From: Octopus sinensis
Lineage: Eukaryota
Reading direction: 5' to 3'
NCBI RefSeq assembly: GCF_006345805.1
Contig: NC_043019.1
Coordinates: 7,191,360-7,255,359 of the forward strand
Length of the DNA: 64,000 nucleotides
Part shown: positions 27,231 to 41,593 of the stretch, piece after piece
Position numbering within the stretch: position 1 is the first letter of the stretch
How the letters are laid out: the number at the start of each line of letters is the position of its first letter
Program-made: the position numbers and the translations under genes
The notes under the pieces: generated by a model
The model's input: only the letters and a program-made list of their open reading frames with translations
Told to the model about the DNA's origin: nothing
The model's database searches: none

Positions 27231-27805
27231 TTTGGATTAAGATATTTGTTGATTAACTCCTCTGTTGCCGCATTTTTTTCAGTTGTCAGTTGTCCACATC
27301 GTATTAGCTACGGCGAGATAGGATACAATCACGTAATAGAATAATAGGATAGAAGAGGAGAGAACAGAAGAGGAGTGAGACGAGAAGAGAATTTGATATC
27401 ATTTGATATTTACTGGTTTTCCATTAGTGTTTATGCATATATATATATTATATATATATATATATATTATATATATATAATATATATATATATATAATAT
27501 ATATGCCAGGATTTATAAAGGCGCGCACGCACACCTACCTTTCTGCGTGTGTTTGAGTGTGTGACCATTGTATATATATGTGTGTGTGTGATTGTGTGTG
27601 TGTATGTGTGTATGTATACATATATATATATATATATATAATATATATAATATATATATATATATGAATGTATATACTTATATGTGTGTGTGTGTGTATA
27701 CTTATATATACACATACACATATATCCACAGATATATTAGATAGATAAAATGTAATATATGATACATTATTTATATACATATATACATATATATATGTAT
27801 ATATT

Positions 27806-27851
<46 letters not shown>

Positions 27852-28754
27852 GTATATATTTATATATATATATATATATATGTATATACATACTTACATA
27901 TGCATATATATATACTTCTATGTGTATATGTGTGGAAACGCACCTCCCTCTCTATCCCTCCCATTCTTTATGCATAAACACACACAGAGGTACGCACACA
28001 CATACTTGCATGCAGATGTATATATATATATGTGTGTGTGTGTATATATTTATATATATATATAAATCTGTATATGTGTAGGTATGTATGTATACGGTAA
28101 TTGTTTTTCTGTGTTTGTCTTGTGATTTTCTTTCCTCTCTTTCAATGCGTGTTTGAGTGTGAAATGGTATATAGCTGTGGGAAAGAACCCATGAAAACAA
28201 CCACTTCACTTAGATACCGAAAACTCCATTAGTTTAAGAAAACACCCTGGAAGCATTGAACAAAGCAATGGAAACATGTCTTATATTAAACAATACAAAT
28301 TCATCGTAGAATCCCTACTTAACACAACACTTCAACAGTATCTTATCAAACAAATCTACCCAAAATCGCCTGGCCGTACAATGTTGTAGCGCAGTCAAAC
28401 AAAAAGCAGCAAATACATGTATGTGTGTGTGTAGAGGGAGGGTCATAGTGGCCTGTGGTTTTGAGGTTAGTGTGTAACACTGTTTGTGGTTTCTATTCCT
28501 TGCCTGTGCGAAACCTTGTGTTCTTCAGCCAAAATTGAAGATGAAAAGAAAGAAAGAAAGAAAGAAAGAAAACTTCATTTCACGTTCTTCCACTTCACGC
28601 AGCTGGTAAAACTGTGTCATCCGGTGAGGGACCGGCATCCCGTTTTGAGACAAAATCCGGCCGTTTTCTCGGACAGAATCTGAGGGACCTGCCGTTTGAG
28701 CCGACAAAGTATTGACTAAATTTGATCCATTTTAAGTGTGCGTGTGTGCGTGTG

Positions 28755-28804
<50 letters not shown>

Positions 28805-28809
28805 GATGC

Positions 28810-29030
28810 GCGATCGCGATTTATAGGGTAGGCCATTACACGCATGATCGTAAGACTGCGGTTCCCATTCCTAGATCGTGCGAATAGCTGTGCTCTTGAG
28901 CAAAAAGACTGTAATTTTAATTTGCTCCAGTTCGCTCGGCAATCCGACGAAGGACCGGTATCTCGTTTCGAGGCGGATATATATACGCCAGAGATACCGG
29001 GAAGCTGACCGTTTGAACCTATGACTTAGG
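28810..29030 (+). mobile_element. SINE family C
   Basis: ATGATCGTAAGACTGCGGTTCCCATTCC head, CTTGAGCAAAAGAC core, TTGCTCCAGTTC body. Confidence 0.7.
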
Positions 29031-29069
29031 AAATACATTTGATCCGTTCATACCTGTGTGCAATTAACG

Positions 29070-29215
29070 TGACGAGCTGGCAGAATTGAGAAGCACGCCA
29101 TGAAGAATACTTAGCGGCATTTCGTCCACCTTTACATTCTGAGTTCAAATTCCGCCGAGGTCGGAAAATAAGATGTCATGGACCCATCACCTCTCCTGAA
29201 ATTGCTAGCCTTTTG
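29070..29215 (+). mobile_element. SINE family A, 5' part
   Basis: GACGAGCTGGCAGAATTG...CTGAGTTCAAATTCCGCCGAGGTCG. Confidence 0.85.
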
Positions 29216-29529
29216 CCAAAATTTAAAATCGCTATATGTGCGTGAGTGTGCGCGAACGCGTGCATTTGTCTGTCTGTTTGTGAGGCATTTGGCTTGTTGG
29301 TTTGAGTGTTGAGATATTGATCGCATGATTCTGGTTTCAATTCCGTTGTCCTTTCGAACAAAATAACCCATAATTTTACCTTGCTGCAGGACTTATTTTT
29401 GTGAGCCTAGTACTTATACTATCGTTCTCCTTCGCTGAACCGCTGTTTACGGGGACATGAACACACCAACATCGGTACCGCCAGGTACCGTGTTCAGTCC
29501 AACTACAACACATTACCTAAATGTAACTT

Positions 29530-30270
29530 GTTCCGGCTAAAATTGACAGTTTGCAACAAGTGGAATCTCAATATCGCATCTAAAAATGAATATTTTCGAT
29601 GCTCAACAACTATTAATTAGATAATATCTTGGAGATAAAATCTTCCATTACAGCCATAACGGTGCTCGAGAACTTGGCACTGTGTCACGGACAAGATCTT
29701 CGAACTCCTTCTTCATCCGGCCTTAGTATTGCAAGAAGTGTGGCTGGTGTCTTTTATGGCAACCTTTTACCCATATTCATCCATGGATTAACATTCGGAG
29801 GAATTAAAAGACCAGAAATTGGAGCAAACGAACTCGTAAACAATCTCTGACAAACACTTCTGACATTTTCAGGAGGTATTGCAAGGTGAAAAATCCTGCT
29901 GCCACATATATGACCTCCCAGCAGCCAACCTCTCCAGACAGGTTTTAACTATAGTCTCCAGTAGCTTCTAATAGTTCTCTGAAATCTGCCTAAGGCCCTT
30001 TTCAAATATATGGAGGAGAAACTCGTAATGCGGACGCAATTTGAACGCCTGCAGTGTCCCTTTCTGCTGGTCACGGCTTCACAATCTGTTGCAGTTGTCA
30101 GTGTTCCGCCTTCTAGACTTAACAATGTTCGCAGAGCATTGAGCGCTAAGCAATATGTTAATATGAATTTCTTTTGCTCTGGAACAAAACGCACTGACTG
30201 GCCTGTAAATCAAAACCATGATACCACCACTGGGGTTGTGATTCTTAAGCACTAGAAAACGCAACTTCAT
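29530..30270 (-). mobile_element. Internally deleted maT (DD37D) Tc1/mariner transposon relic
   Basis: HIFEKGLRQ...LLETIVKTCLERLAAGRSYMWQQDFSPCNTS*KCQKCLSEIVYEFVCSNFWSFNSSEC*SMDEY; exactly 37 residues between the QQD and SMD aspartates; an N-terminal-like piece (DCEAVTSRKGH) is joined directly upstream. Confidence 0.85.
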
Positions 30271-31468
30271 TTGCATTTAGTTAGCGTATAAAATTCAACA
30301 GTGTTAACCGAATCTGCATCAAGGCAACAATTATCACAAACAAACAAAATATAGGTTTTGCTTAGAGTAACGACAGCTACGATTCCAAAAACAGTGCTAA
30401 GTCATACGAATATTTCACTTGCAAAGCAAGATGGTGAAGATTATACGCGTCCATATAATCTTGCAACGAGTGATGGAGTTATAATTTCGATGGTATTGTC
30501 ATAATTTCCTCCATATTCCCCTCTAATTGTCCTTTGATGTTACTTATACACTTATATGTGGAGCTCCTATTTATTTTTTACCAGTGAGAGTTTATTTTAC
30601 TGTTCATATTTCCCCTTGTCTGACCATAGTCTAACTGTAGTTTAAATGTCTTCCATCGTGTTACTTGACCAAACAATTTCATTTTCGACATATGTAACTG
30701 GCGGATTTCATGGACACACGCTTCTTGTAACATACTCGTTTGTTCCGAGTCCTCTGATAATAAAGAAAATGTAGAAACGCACAGATAATAACATAATAAT
30801 GCTGACATTTTTTTATCCTCAGCCACAAAGAGTAAAATATATATCCATTATACGACTGAAAGAGGCGAATGCCAGATCTTTCCTGCGACAACTACCCTAT
30901 TATAGTTACAAAATTCTTATTACATTCACGAAACTGCCAAATTTCAGCAGAGAACTAACCAAATGCATTAAACACAGACAAGAATACGGTCTTTTGTGGC
31001 CATTAATAATTCATAAGTCATAACGAAATTCCCCCTGACATAGCGATAGAATGAATCGCTAGCACCAACTGCGGAGAGTAATTGACATCTATCGTATATA
31101 CACATACAAGCATACACGCATCGACAGGTACGCAGTGATACACACACACACAAGCGTACATAAATACACAAACAAATATAACAAATATATTTCTATGTAT
31201 GGATGTGTTTGCGTGTATATATAAATATATGTATGTGCATATATATATATATATTTATGTGTGTATATATATGCATATAAATGTATATGTATATATATAT
31301 ATATATATATGTATATGTATTTGTATATATGTATATATTTATATACATGCAGGCATATATATAAATGTATGTATTTATATACATACATGCATATATATGC
31401 ACATAGATTTAACTCTATATATACACATAAATATATACATATATACATATATATATACATATACATAC

Positions 31469-31502
<34 letters not shown>

Positions 31503-32050
31503 TTGAATCTTGCATCTACCTATCTATCTTCCTTAATATATACAAGTGTGTGAGAGCGTATGTGTGTTTACATATATACAAACATACACACGCACACACG
31601 CTCTCATATATGTATATATGCAAGCATATATGTATGGATGTATGTGTGTATGTTTGTCTGTAAGTATTTATGTACGAATGTACGTATGTGTGTGTGTGGT
31701 GAGAGTGCGCAAGACGTTGCTTGTGCAAGCAACGACACAAGACAACTAAGTGAATCAACTCACTTTAGGAGCTGCGGCTTGTCTGCATGTAATAAATAAT
31801 ACATAAACGTTCCTAGTAAATCTCTCTGTCCTCAACCTTTAACTTTGGAAAATTATGGTGCTGACACATTCGTTCTTTTGTTCTTGCTCCGTTCCCGGAA
31901 TGAGTGATGAGTTCAAATACCAGTAGATTATTACACATAACATACAAACGTATACAGACTCGTTTACAACCAGCTGGGTGTTTATCTACCCGTTCGTCCT
32001 GCCGAACATAACGCCGAAATTGTCCTCAGCATCACACATATATGGTAACA

Positions 32051-32324
32051 GAGAAATGTATACATACATACATACATACATACATACATACATACATACA
32101 TACATACATTCATACATACATACATACATACGTACGTACATACATACATACATACATGCATACATACATACATACATACATACATGCATGCATACATACA
32201 TACATACATACATACATACATACATACATTCATACATACATACATACATACATACGTACGTACATACATACATACGTGCATACATGCATACATACATACA
32301 TGCATACATACATACATACATACA

Positions 32325-32351
<27 letters not shown>
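32051..32351. repeat. (TACA)n tetranucleotide array
   Basis: Directly visible; a second array lies at 22945-23038. Confidence 0.97.
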
Positions 32352-32357
<6 letters not shown>

Positions 32358-32369
32358 TATATACTTTTG

Positions 32370-32546
32370 TGTCCGGGGAGAGTCATTTTTTTTTTGTGCC
32401 TTATAATTTAACACACTCTTGGATATTGAAATGGTTGCAAGACGCAACGAAAATCTTAGGAAAATAAAAATAAGAAATAAGTGAAATTTTACCGGTGAGT
32501 GTGTTAAATTTTAAAAGCACAAAAAGAAAATGACTCTCTCCAGACG
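32370..32546. repeat. Inverted repeat: about 49-bp arms (32370-32418, 32497-32546) of an interspersed repeat
   Basis: GGAGAGTCATTTT...GTGCCTTATAATTTAACACACTC pairs with GAGTGTGTTAAATTTTAAAAGCAC...AAAATGACTCTCTCC; related copy at about 35075-35210. Confidence 0.85.
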
Positions 32547-32732
32547 CGGCAGTATATAAATATATATATATGTATATATGTGTCTGTAATATAATATGTT
32601 ACAGTTATTCGGTTGCCATAATAAAACTCCGAATAATTGCCACATATTATATCACAAATAACTTCCTCTATTTACTTAATATCGAAATCTCATTCATTCT
32701 TTTGTTGTCATAATATTACTATTAATAATATA

Positions 32733-32778
<46 letters not shown>

Positions 32779-32824
32779 GAGTGTATGTGTGTAAATCTGT
32801 GTGTGTGTGTTGAAACGGTAATCC

Positions 32825-33150
32825 ATACATATATTGGGCAAGCATCTTTTACTCTAGCCTCGGGCCGACCAAAGCTATCTAAGTGGATATAGTGGACAAA
32901 ATCTGAAAGAAGCCCGTCCTATATAAATATATGTATATATTTATATGCGTGTGTTTGTGTCTGCGTTTATCGTCCCCATCATCAAACTCTGTTACTGTGT
33001 TTATGCCCCGTATCTTAGCGGTTCGGCAGGATATTCCGATAGAATAAGCACCAGGCTTACAAAGAATAAGTCCTGAGGCTGATTGTTTCGACTAAAAGAC
33101 GGTGCTCCAGCATAGCCACAGTCAAATGAATGAAACAAATAAAAGAAAAG
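32825..33150 (+). mobile_element. SINE family B lacking its head
   Basis: TTGGGCAAG core, GCCTCGGGCCGACCAAAGC, CTTAGCGGTTCGGCA, GGTGCTCCAGCATAGCCACAGTCAAATG tail. Confidence 0.88.
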
Positions 33151-33191
33151 AAAATACATATACATACGTACACATATATATATATATACAG

Positions 33192-33260
<69 letters not shown>

Positions 33261-33261
33261 C

Positions 33262-33423
33262 AACAGGCTTCTTTTAGTTTCCGCCTATCAAATCATCTCA
33301 CATGGCTGTGCTCTACCCGACGCTATGTTGGATGACATTCGCATAATATGCCACGCAGTGAAACTGAACCTTGAATCGTGTGGTTGGGGAGCAATTTTCT
33401 TGCCACAACAGCCACGCCTGCGC
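33262..33423 (-). mobile_element. SINE family B, 5' half
   Basis: Reverse complement of head and body, ending CCACAACAGCCACGCCTGCGCC. Confidence 0.75.
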
Positions 33424-33880
33424 CAATATGTAAATGTTAACGCCATAGCCTTATCACCTCCTTTGTAGTTTAAACGAAATTTTATTGAATCTTAATCGAA
33501 TTATTCTATTGATTAATACATGTGACACTACGCATACAAGAGAAATAATGTTATTATCGATAAAGAAAAATATCGACTATGTGCATTAAACATCTAATGA
33601 ATATCACAAAGTGCTTTGTTATATGGCTAATAATTACTAATTAAGGGGTAATTTGATAAGAGTGATTAATACTGACATTAATCACAAATGAAATTTCGGT
33701 ATATCAAGAACTGTAACCCTGTCAAAGTAATAAATGTTAAGACGGAACAGTCTGGAAAACCATTCTACTGCGAAATAACTGTGGCGTTATCTTCGTTTAT
33801 AGTTTCGGGATTTGGTTATGGGAATCATTATAAACCGGGCTTAGATGTGCATGAGGATCGCCCTCTCACTCACTCACTCA

Positions 33881-33956
<76 letters not shown>

Positions 33957-33969
33957 ACTCACACACTCT

Positions 33970-34400
33970 CCGATTCTGGCTATCTTTCTCTATGTGTATA
34001 GACGGTTGGCGATTTTCCTGTTTCCTCCTACTCTGGACATTTCCCTTTCTCCTTTTCGACGAAGAGCCATGCTCGAAACATTAAAAATGTTCTCCTTCCA
34101 TGGAACGTGAAGCTGGTATAATTTTTGTGCACTATCACTCGTTCGTTTTTCCCTATTTCTTTTCTCTTTTCGTTTTGTGATCACCAATACGTTATAATTG
34201 ACCATTCGTCCTACCTCTCGTGTCAAACCTTTTTCCCATAACCAGTCGCCATGCTTGATCACTAAATCAACAAGTTCTTTTTCGTTCTCTCTCTGTATTT
34301 TTTTCTGTTATTCCTTTCTGCTGAAGACACCGGGCTCAAAACGTAGCAGTCTTTCTCATTTTACCGAGCGTCAAACTAAAGCACCTGCTTGTTGTTGATG
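33970..34400 (+). mobile_element. Probable Penelope-like terminal-repeat region with two decayed hammerhead-like motifs
   Basis: TCGACGAAGAGCCATGCTCGAAAC (34056-34079) and CTGAAGAcaccggGCTCaAAACGT (34321-34344) in pyrimidine-rich context. Confidence 0.4.
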
Positions 34401-34450
34401 CAAATTTGTTCTGAAAAATTCAACTATATATATTATATATATATAATATA

Positions 34451-34985
34451 GGCACAGGAGTAGTGGTGTGGTAAGTAACTTGTTTACTTCAGTACAAAGT
34501 GGACGCTTTTTTTTCGCGGTGGAAGTCTTGTCGGTGTGTGTCACCTTCGTGAAATAGTGAAGCACGACTCCTATGTAAGACATCTGCCGCCAGGACCAAG
34601 CAAAGGTCCTGGAGCAGTCAATAGAAGAACCCCATGCTGTCCCATTTGGTTGGGGAGTGAGAGATGGAGGAAGTCGAGAGGGGGCAACCCCATCGAAAAA
34701 TAAAGGAAGAAAAAGAAAAGTGGGCAACAATGGTTGCCTAACAATGGATCCTGAGGTGGCAGGAGGAATGGAAGGACTTCCAGACAAGACAGAGGAACTC
34801 CACCTTCTCGTCGTAAAGAAAAAGCGGAAACCAAAAGGAGAACGGGAGATTGGCAGCAGTTGATGATTAACTGCAGGCATGCCCGGATACTTTGTCGGTG
34901 GGATGTGTACTTAGCCCCTTGGGTAAGTGTCTCAGGCTAATCAAAGCCTTGTGATTGAATTTGTGAGAAGAAAGCTGAAAGCCCG
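34451..34985 (+). mobile_element. SINE family B split by an insertion of about 430 bp
   Basis: Head GGCACAGGAGTAGTGGTGTGGTAAGTAACTTG at 34451-34483; body resumes at CTTGGGTAAGTGTCT (about 34918). Confidence 0.7.
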
Positions 34986-35535
34986 TCGAGTATATATATA
35001 TATATATATATATATATACTTTATATATATATATATATATGTGGGTGTGTTATGTATACAATGTTTGTGTTTTGTGGGAGAGTGATCTTTCTTTAGTGCC
35101 TATACCTTAATAAATTTAACACATTATCACCTTCGGTAAAATTCCACCGATTTCTTATTTTTATATATTCTCTAAAATTTTCATTGCATCGTGTATTCTT
35201 TTCAATAGTTTTAGTGGGGACGCTTGCACTCCCTGCAATCCTTGCACATGTACGCTATAGCTGAGCACATAAATTTGTCAGACAGAGTGCTTGCATTCCA
35301 GTTATTCGGCAGAGTCACACTATATGGGGCATCGTCGAAGAATACTGGTAATATTACAAATGAATAATTTGTGAGTGAGTATATAATAATTTTGTATATA
35401 TATATATTATATATATTATATATATATATAATATATAATATAATATTTATTATATATATATATTAAATATATATATATATATTATATATATATATATATA
35501 TATATTCATATATTCATGTATTTATATATATATCA

Positions 35536-35566
<31 letters not shown>

Positions 35567-36033
35567 ATAATAATATATTATATAAATATATAATATATAT
35601 ATATTAGTGATAATATATTCATATATTCATGTATTTTATACAACTTATATATACATGCACACACACACAAACATATTATATATTTATATTCTATTAATAT
35701 ATACATACATATATATGCATGTATATCATAATGTGTGTATATATGTATAATGCATTGCGTATACATAAGATTCATATATAAATATTCATAAGAATATACA
35801 CACACACATATATACGCACACACACTCATATTCATAACTACGATTATATACTTCTGTTTTATAATCATTATATATATATATAGTATATGTTATATATATA
35901 TATATAGAATTATATATATATATATATATATATATTAATATATATATTTATATATATATATATTTACATACATACAATATATCAAATATACATATATATG
36001 TTACATAATATATATATATATGATATAATATAA

Positions 36034-36069
<36 letters not shown>

Positions 36070-36418
36070 CATATATACATATATATATATACATATATAT
36101 ATATGTATATATATTTTTACATACATGCATATAGATATATGAATGTATGCATACACGTATGTATAAACGTATATACGTACGTACGTTATTGATTTATTAG
36201 ACAGCAGCCTGTGTTACGACAATTCTGAACAATATATCTATAGAATATATTGGTGGACAGAAACGTATTGTTCGGCCAAGTATATACTGTATAGTTATAT
36301 TGTTTGCCATAGTCGTTTACGCACAGCGTTGACTAAACAAATATATAGCAATGTTCTGTGGTACACTACAGTAATGTCGCCACCAACAGGCCACCACTTA
36401 GAGTATAAATATATACCG

Positions 36419-36452
<34 letters not shown>

Positions 36453-36552
36453 GAATACACACGCATGTGTGAGTGCTTGTCTGTTTGTGTGTGTCTGTGA
36501 ATATTTGAAGCACCTATTCAATTAAAGCGATATTATTTAAATTTCCATACAT

Positions 36553-36593
<41 letters not shown>

Positions 36594-36596
36594 TAT

Positions 36597-36649
<53 letters not shown>

Positions 36650-37324
36650 TATAATATAACATATGAATATGTATGTATATATATCTAATATATATACCGC
36701 AGTAAATACATAAAAGTGTAACAAGGTGTAAAAAAAGAGTACTCAAATACCAGTGGAATATATACACATGTACATACACATATGTACATGCATCTATATA
36801 TATATATATAGACACATAGAGGCACAAACAAACACACACGTATATTTATTTTGAGAGTACTACTGAAGAGGTAATGGATGACAATAGTAATCTGTGACCA
36901 TAATAATTTAATGATGTTTCCATTGCATACACAGTGATTTTATTCAACGTGTCACATTTTTGCAATAAAAGTAGATTTATAGTTTTCGGGCTCCCATAAT
37001 TATCAGAGACGGCATATTTCTTGGGTATTACACTTTAATGACGAGGCACAATGAAGCAGAAATCCGTCTGACGAACTCGTGGATCACTCCAGAGAGGGTT
37101 TCCCACCTGGCTCTGATGTATATTGTGTTTTTAAACCTGGATTTCTACGGAGAAAATATTACCCTTGCCATTGGTGTATCTACATTAAGTACTATACTAT
37201 GTTGGATATTATATATGTATTTGTTTTGTATATCTATCTGTCTATCTAGCCATATCTATCTATATATATGTGTGTGTGTGTCTATGTATATATATATATA
37301 TATGTGGTGTGTGTGTGTGTGTGT

Positions 37325-37552
37325 ATACTCTTTACTTGTTTACTCTTTTACTTGTTTCAGTCAGTTGACTTCGGCCATGCTGGAGCACCGCCTTTAGTCG
37401 AACAACTCGACCCCGGGACATATTCTTTGTAAGCCCAGTACTTATTCTATCGGTCTCTTTTGCCGAACCGCTTAGTGACAGGGACATAGACACACCAGCA
37501 TCGGTTGTCAAGCAATGCTAGGGAGACAAACACAGGCACACAAACATACACG

Positions 37553-37616
<64 letters not shown>

Positions 37617-37730
37617 ACGGGCTTCTTTCAGTTTCCGTCTACCAAATCCACTCACAAGGCTTTGGTTGGCCCGAGGCTATAGTAGAAGATACTTGCCCAA
37701 GGTGCCACGCAGTGGGACTGAACCCGGAAC
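37325..37730 (-). mobile_element. Near full-length SINE family B
   Basis: Colinear reverse complement of 17077-17453 with a longer internal (CA)(TA) tract. Confidence 0.92.
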
Positions 37731-37868
37731 CTTGCGTGTGTGTATGTGTATGTATGTATAGCAAATAAGAAAATGGAGAGGATACAAAACGACATACCTC
37801 ATCCGGTAGACATTTGCGTCTGTCCATTTATTCCAAAGCATTAGAAATACTTTCTATCTATCTGTCTG

Positions 37869-37922
<54 letters not shown>

Positions 37923-37944
37923 GATGTATCCATCTATCTGTTTA

Positions 37945-37979
<35 letters not shown>

Positions 37980-38029
37980 CTATCTATCTATCTATCTATC
38001 TATTTTCTATCTAATCTATCTATCTTATC

Positions 38030-38060
<31 letters not shown>

Positions 38061-38876
38061 CTATCTGTCTGTATGTATGTATGTGCGTATGTGTGTTTTG
38101 GCGTCCAGGCTTGTCACCACCATCGTTTGACAACCAGTGTTGATCTGTTTATGTCACCGTAACTTAGCGGTTCGGCAAGAACAAAAATACAATAAGCACG
38201 AGACTTACAACAATGTATATAAATGCTGCGGACGTTTCATTCCAATCCAAATTATTCAACCTGACCACAATCTCATGACTGAAACAAGGAAATGTTAACT
38301 AATTGTCCGAATAATTAGTTACAATAATTATTTACAATAATTATTTACAAATATGGACGCATCATCCAAGTAGAAAACCTCCAACTTTCGAAACCAAATT
38401 CCACAAATATTCTCGTTGCTGAAAGAGAGACTCAAATATAATGGACAGCTGATGTCTGTGACTTTGAAGAGACTTTTTTTGTCCTAAATATCAATATCAA
38501 GTCTATTCATTTATACATTTATTTTCTGTGTATGTGTGTATCCGTGTGTCCTTCAACTTACTGATTTAGATGTGGCTGTGTTTGTGTTTGCGTAAGAGCA
38601 GAGAGAGGGAATGTGTGTGTGTGTGGTGGGGGGGGTTTCAAATCGATAGTGAACTCAAGAATGTATTCTCAAATGGTGAGAGTGATGCGTCTGACGTATG
38701 GTATTGTAGAAGAAATCATTGTAATGGGGAGGTAACGCTGTGTGTAGTGGGAAGAGGAGGCAATGTCGGAATTATTAAAAGATTCTTGAGTAGAATGGTT
38801 GAATTCGAATTGATAGGTAATTATGCTGAGAATCTGAAGAGGGGTACTTGTATAAGTATAGTGCAATGAAAGACAC

Positions 38877-38912
<36 letters not shown>

Positions 38913-39012
38913 TATATATAATATATATATATATATTATATTTATATATATATATATAATATATTTATATATATATAACACATATATATATATATATGTG
39001 TGTGTGAGTATG

Positions 39013-39055
<43 letters not shown>

Positions 39056-39749
39056 ATTATATATATATATATATATGGTTTGTATATATATCAGATATAC
39101 ATGGAGTCCCACTAACATTATTTGTATGATTGTGTTTGTACAATACATAGAATATCGTGCAAGTGTATACCTACATGTATACATACCTTTACATATGTCT
39201 AGGTATGTATCAATGTAGGCACGCACGCATGCGTATATATGTGTATGTTTCAACACAGAAATTTTGTTCATGATATGTATGCGTAAGAATGTATGTATAA
39301 ACATATTTGCATATTGATATATGTATATATATTTGTATGCAAATTGAAGCCAAATCATGAGGTGGGGGAATTTTTTAATTTGCTCATTGATTATCCCTAT
39401 GCGCCTCGCTCCCTCCTTTCTCTTTCTTCATATGTATATGTCTCTGTCTATGTGTATGTGTGTGCGAGCATGTGTATGTGTGTGTGAGTGTGTTTGTGTG
39501 TGAGTTTATGTGTGTATCTGTGTTTGTGTGCTGACGTATGCCAAGCCATTCCTCATAGCGGTCTCCAGCACACAAGTACTCTGTGAGACACGGCTTGATA
39601 TCGGCAATACCACCAACCGATCTGAACAACGGTCCTCTCTCTCTCTCTCTTTCTCCCTGTCTCTCTTCCCCTCTCTCTCTCTCTCTTAGCCCCTGAACAG
39701 AAGCGTTAAAATGTTGACATTACTGCAGTTACTACAACTGCATTGCTTG

Positions 39750-40300
39750 AGAAAATTTCTATCAATGAGGCCGGTATGATCCATGGCTTTATATGGGGCG
39801 AAGTCTCCTTTGGGCTTTCATTGACCTACCCGTGCGTACGAATGTTCCGGTAATACTACTCAATATCTTCTGTATTGAAATAATGCATATGAAGCAAATT
39901 TGCCAGAAAAGGACCGCTGCTATCGAGTATTATGTCAATCCCTAAAATATCGAAATGTATAAATTAATGCTTCATTTTTAAAGCAGAGTATAATGTTGTG
40001 AAATCGAAAGCCTAAGGTGCAAGATATCGAAAAGAATTCGGTTGGGAAAACTAGGAGCAGTGTGTGAACGGAGGACGACCTCAGCATTGCCGATATCATC
40101 CCCTCCCCCAGAAAAAGATATTATATAAGACAATTGGTAAGCATCTCACATCGAATTACTGATGCATTATTCAAAACCTTAAGCGTATTCTGCTCGAACA
40201 TGCAAGGAGTGTAAATTGTTAGCGAGATCGTGGACCTGTATAGTTTGTTGATCAGCATGGTGATGTATATGCAATGTTGGCTCAAGTACTGAAGCACAAC
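39750..40300 (+). mobile_element. Possible second Academ-like transposase C-terminal relic
   Basis: GAVCERRTTSALPISSPPPE resembles recalled RAVYQAGIWTTS...PPSP, followed by a Cys-rich stretch; decayed. Confidence 0.3.
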
Positions 40301-41593
40301 GTACATCCTCTGCACAACTGTTGCAGCTTCAAATGTAATATGTGTGAATGCAAGGGCCCCGAAAAATAAAGCTGGCAATCGTACACTGCACCGCAGTACA
40401 ACATGAATTAACCCTCCCTCTTTATTCAGACACCAATGTAGCTGGAATTTCTCTTGCGATATGAGAAAGGATCAAATTCTATACCTCCTGGGTGAGACAT
40501 TTTTATCTTTCACCTGTTTCAGTCATTACACTGCAGCCTTGCTGGGGCACCTCCTCTGTAGCATTTGGAACTTTCAAGGACAATCTTTCTAATCAATACC
40601 TCACCTTTTATAATAAGATTCCCTTCGATGGGGCTATTACATTCTTCCTGCGCTCGTCATAAAGCACCTACAGCTGACATATTACTCTCGAAAATAATTT
40701 AGTAACTGAACGATTTCAGCCACGAAACTCGAACACTTAACACAAAGAACTGCCTCCGAGTGATTTTCACTTTCTCAAACATTTCCATAACTTTCGACGG
40801 TACAAATAATTCCTTTAATTACCAAACAATAACACAATACCCCGTAGAATAATTCAACAGCGATAGAAATGCAGAAATCTTTGCTACCGGAATAAATTGG
40901 TTTGTTTCTACGGCAAAAGTTTGTGAATAGCAATGGTTAATATTTTATGTAATAAAATTTATCCTGAACAGAGATATATAACTTTACATTTGAGGGTTAA
41001 AAACCAAAATTAATTTTGAAACAGTTGTGTGTATATGTTAGCGTCTGTACCTGCGCTTGTGTGTTTGAGTATTTGTGTGTTTTCAATTTGTATCTACATT
41101 CATTATTAGAATTGCTGTAATATTTTCATCTCTCGAATTTTACGAATTCTAATCTGAATACTCGAAAGAGTAAAACTATAATAATTATATTCCTAAATAT
41201 ATTCAGAATCAATATTAGTCTTGTTTTTATATATATATCTCCGCTAATAGTATCCAATTCTTTGTATTCTTCGTTATATGAACACCATTTCAATAAAATC
41301 ATAAAATATATATATTATGCATGAGTTGTATTTATTTCCATTGAATATGCATGATGTATGCCTTGATATATTGTCAGTTCATTCGGTTTGTATAATGTAT
41401 TTTATCAGTTATTCGAGAATATAAATCTTTATCCCCCCACCCCCCAGAACCTCCAGAAATGCAACAGATTAAGACGCAGCAGATACGGTCTCTAACTTGC
41501 GTCGACTCTCAAATTCGCAGTTTCTCTCGTTATTCGTAATTGAAAATCTCTTATATATATATTTCGAAAAAAAAAAAATTATCATTATAATAA

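Noticed and set aside
30665-30753. In-frame TGA as selenocysteine (RSVCP*NPP)
   Set aside because: No SECIS or selenoprotein homology seen, and another frame is fully open
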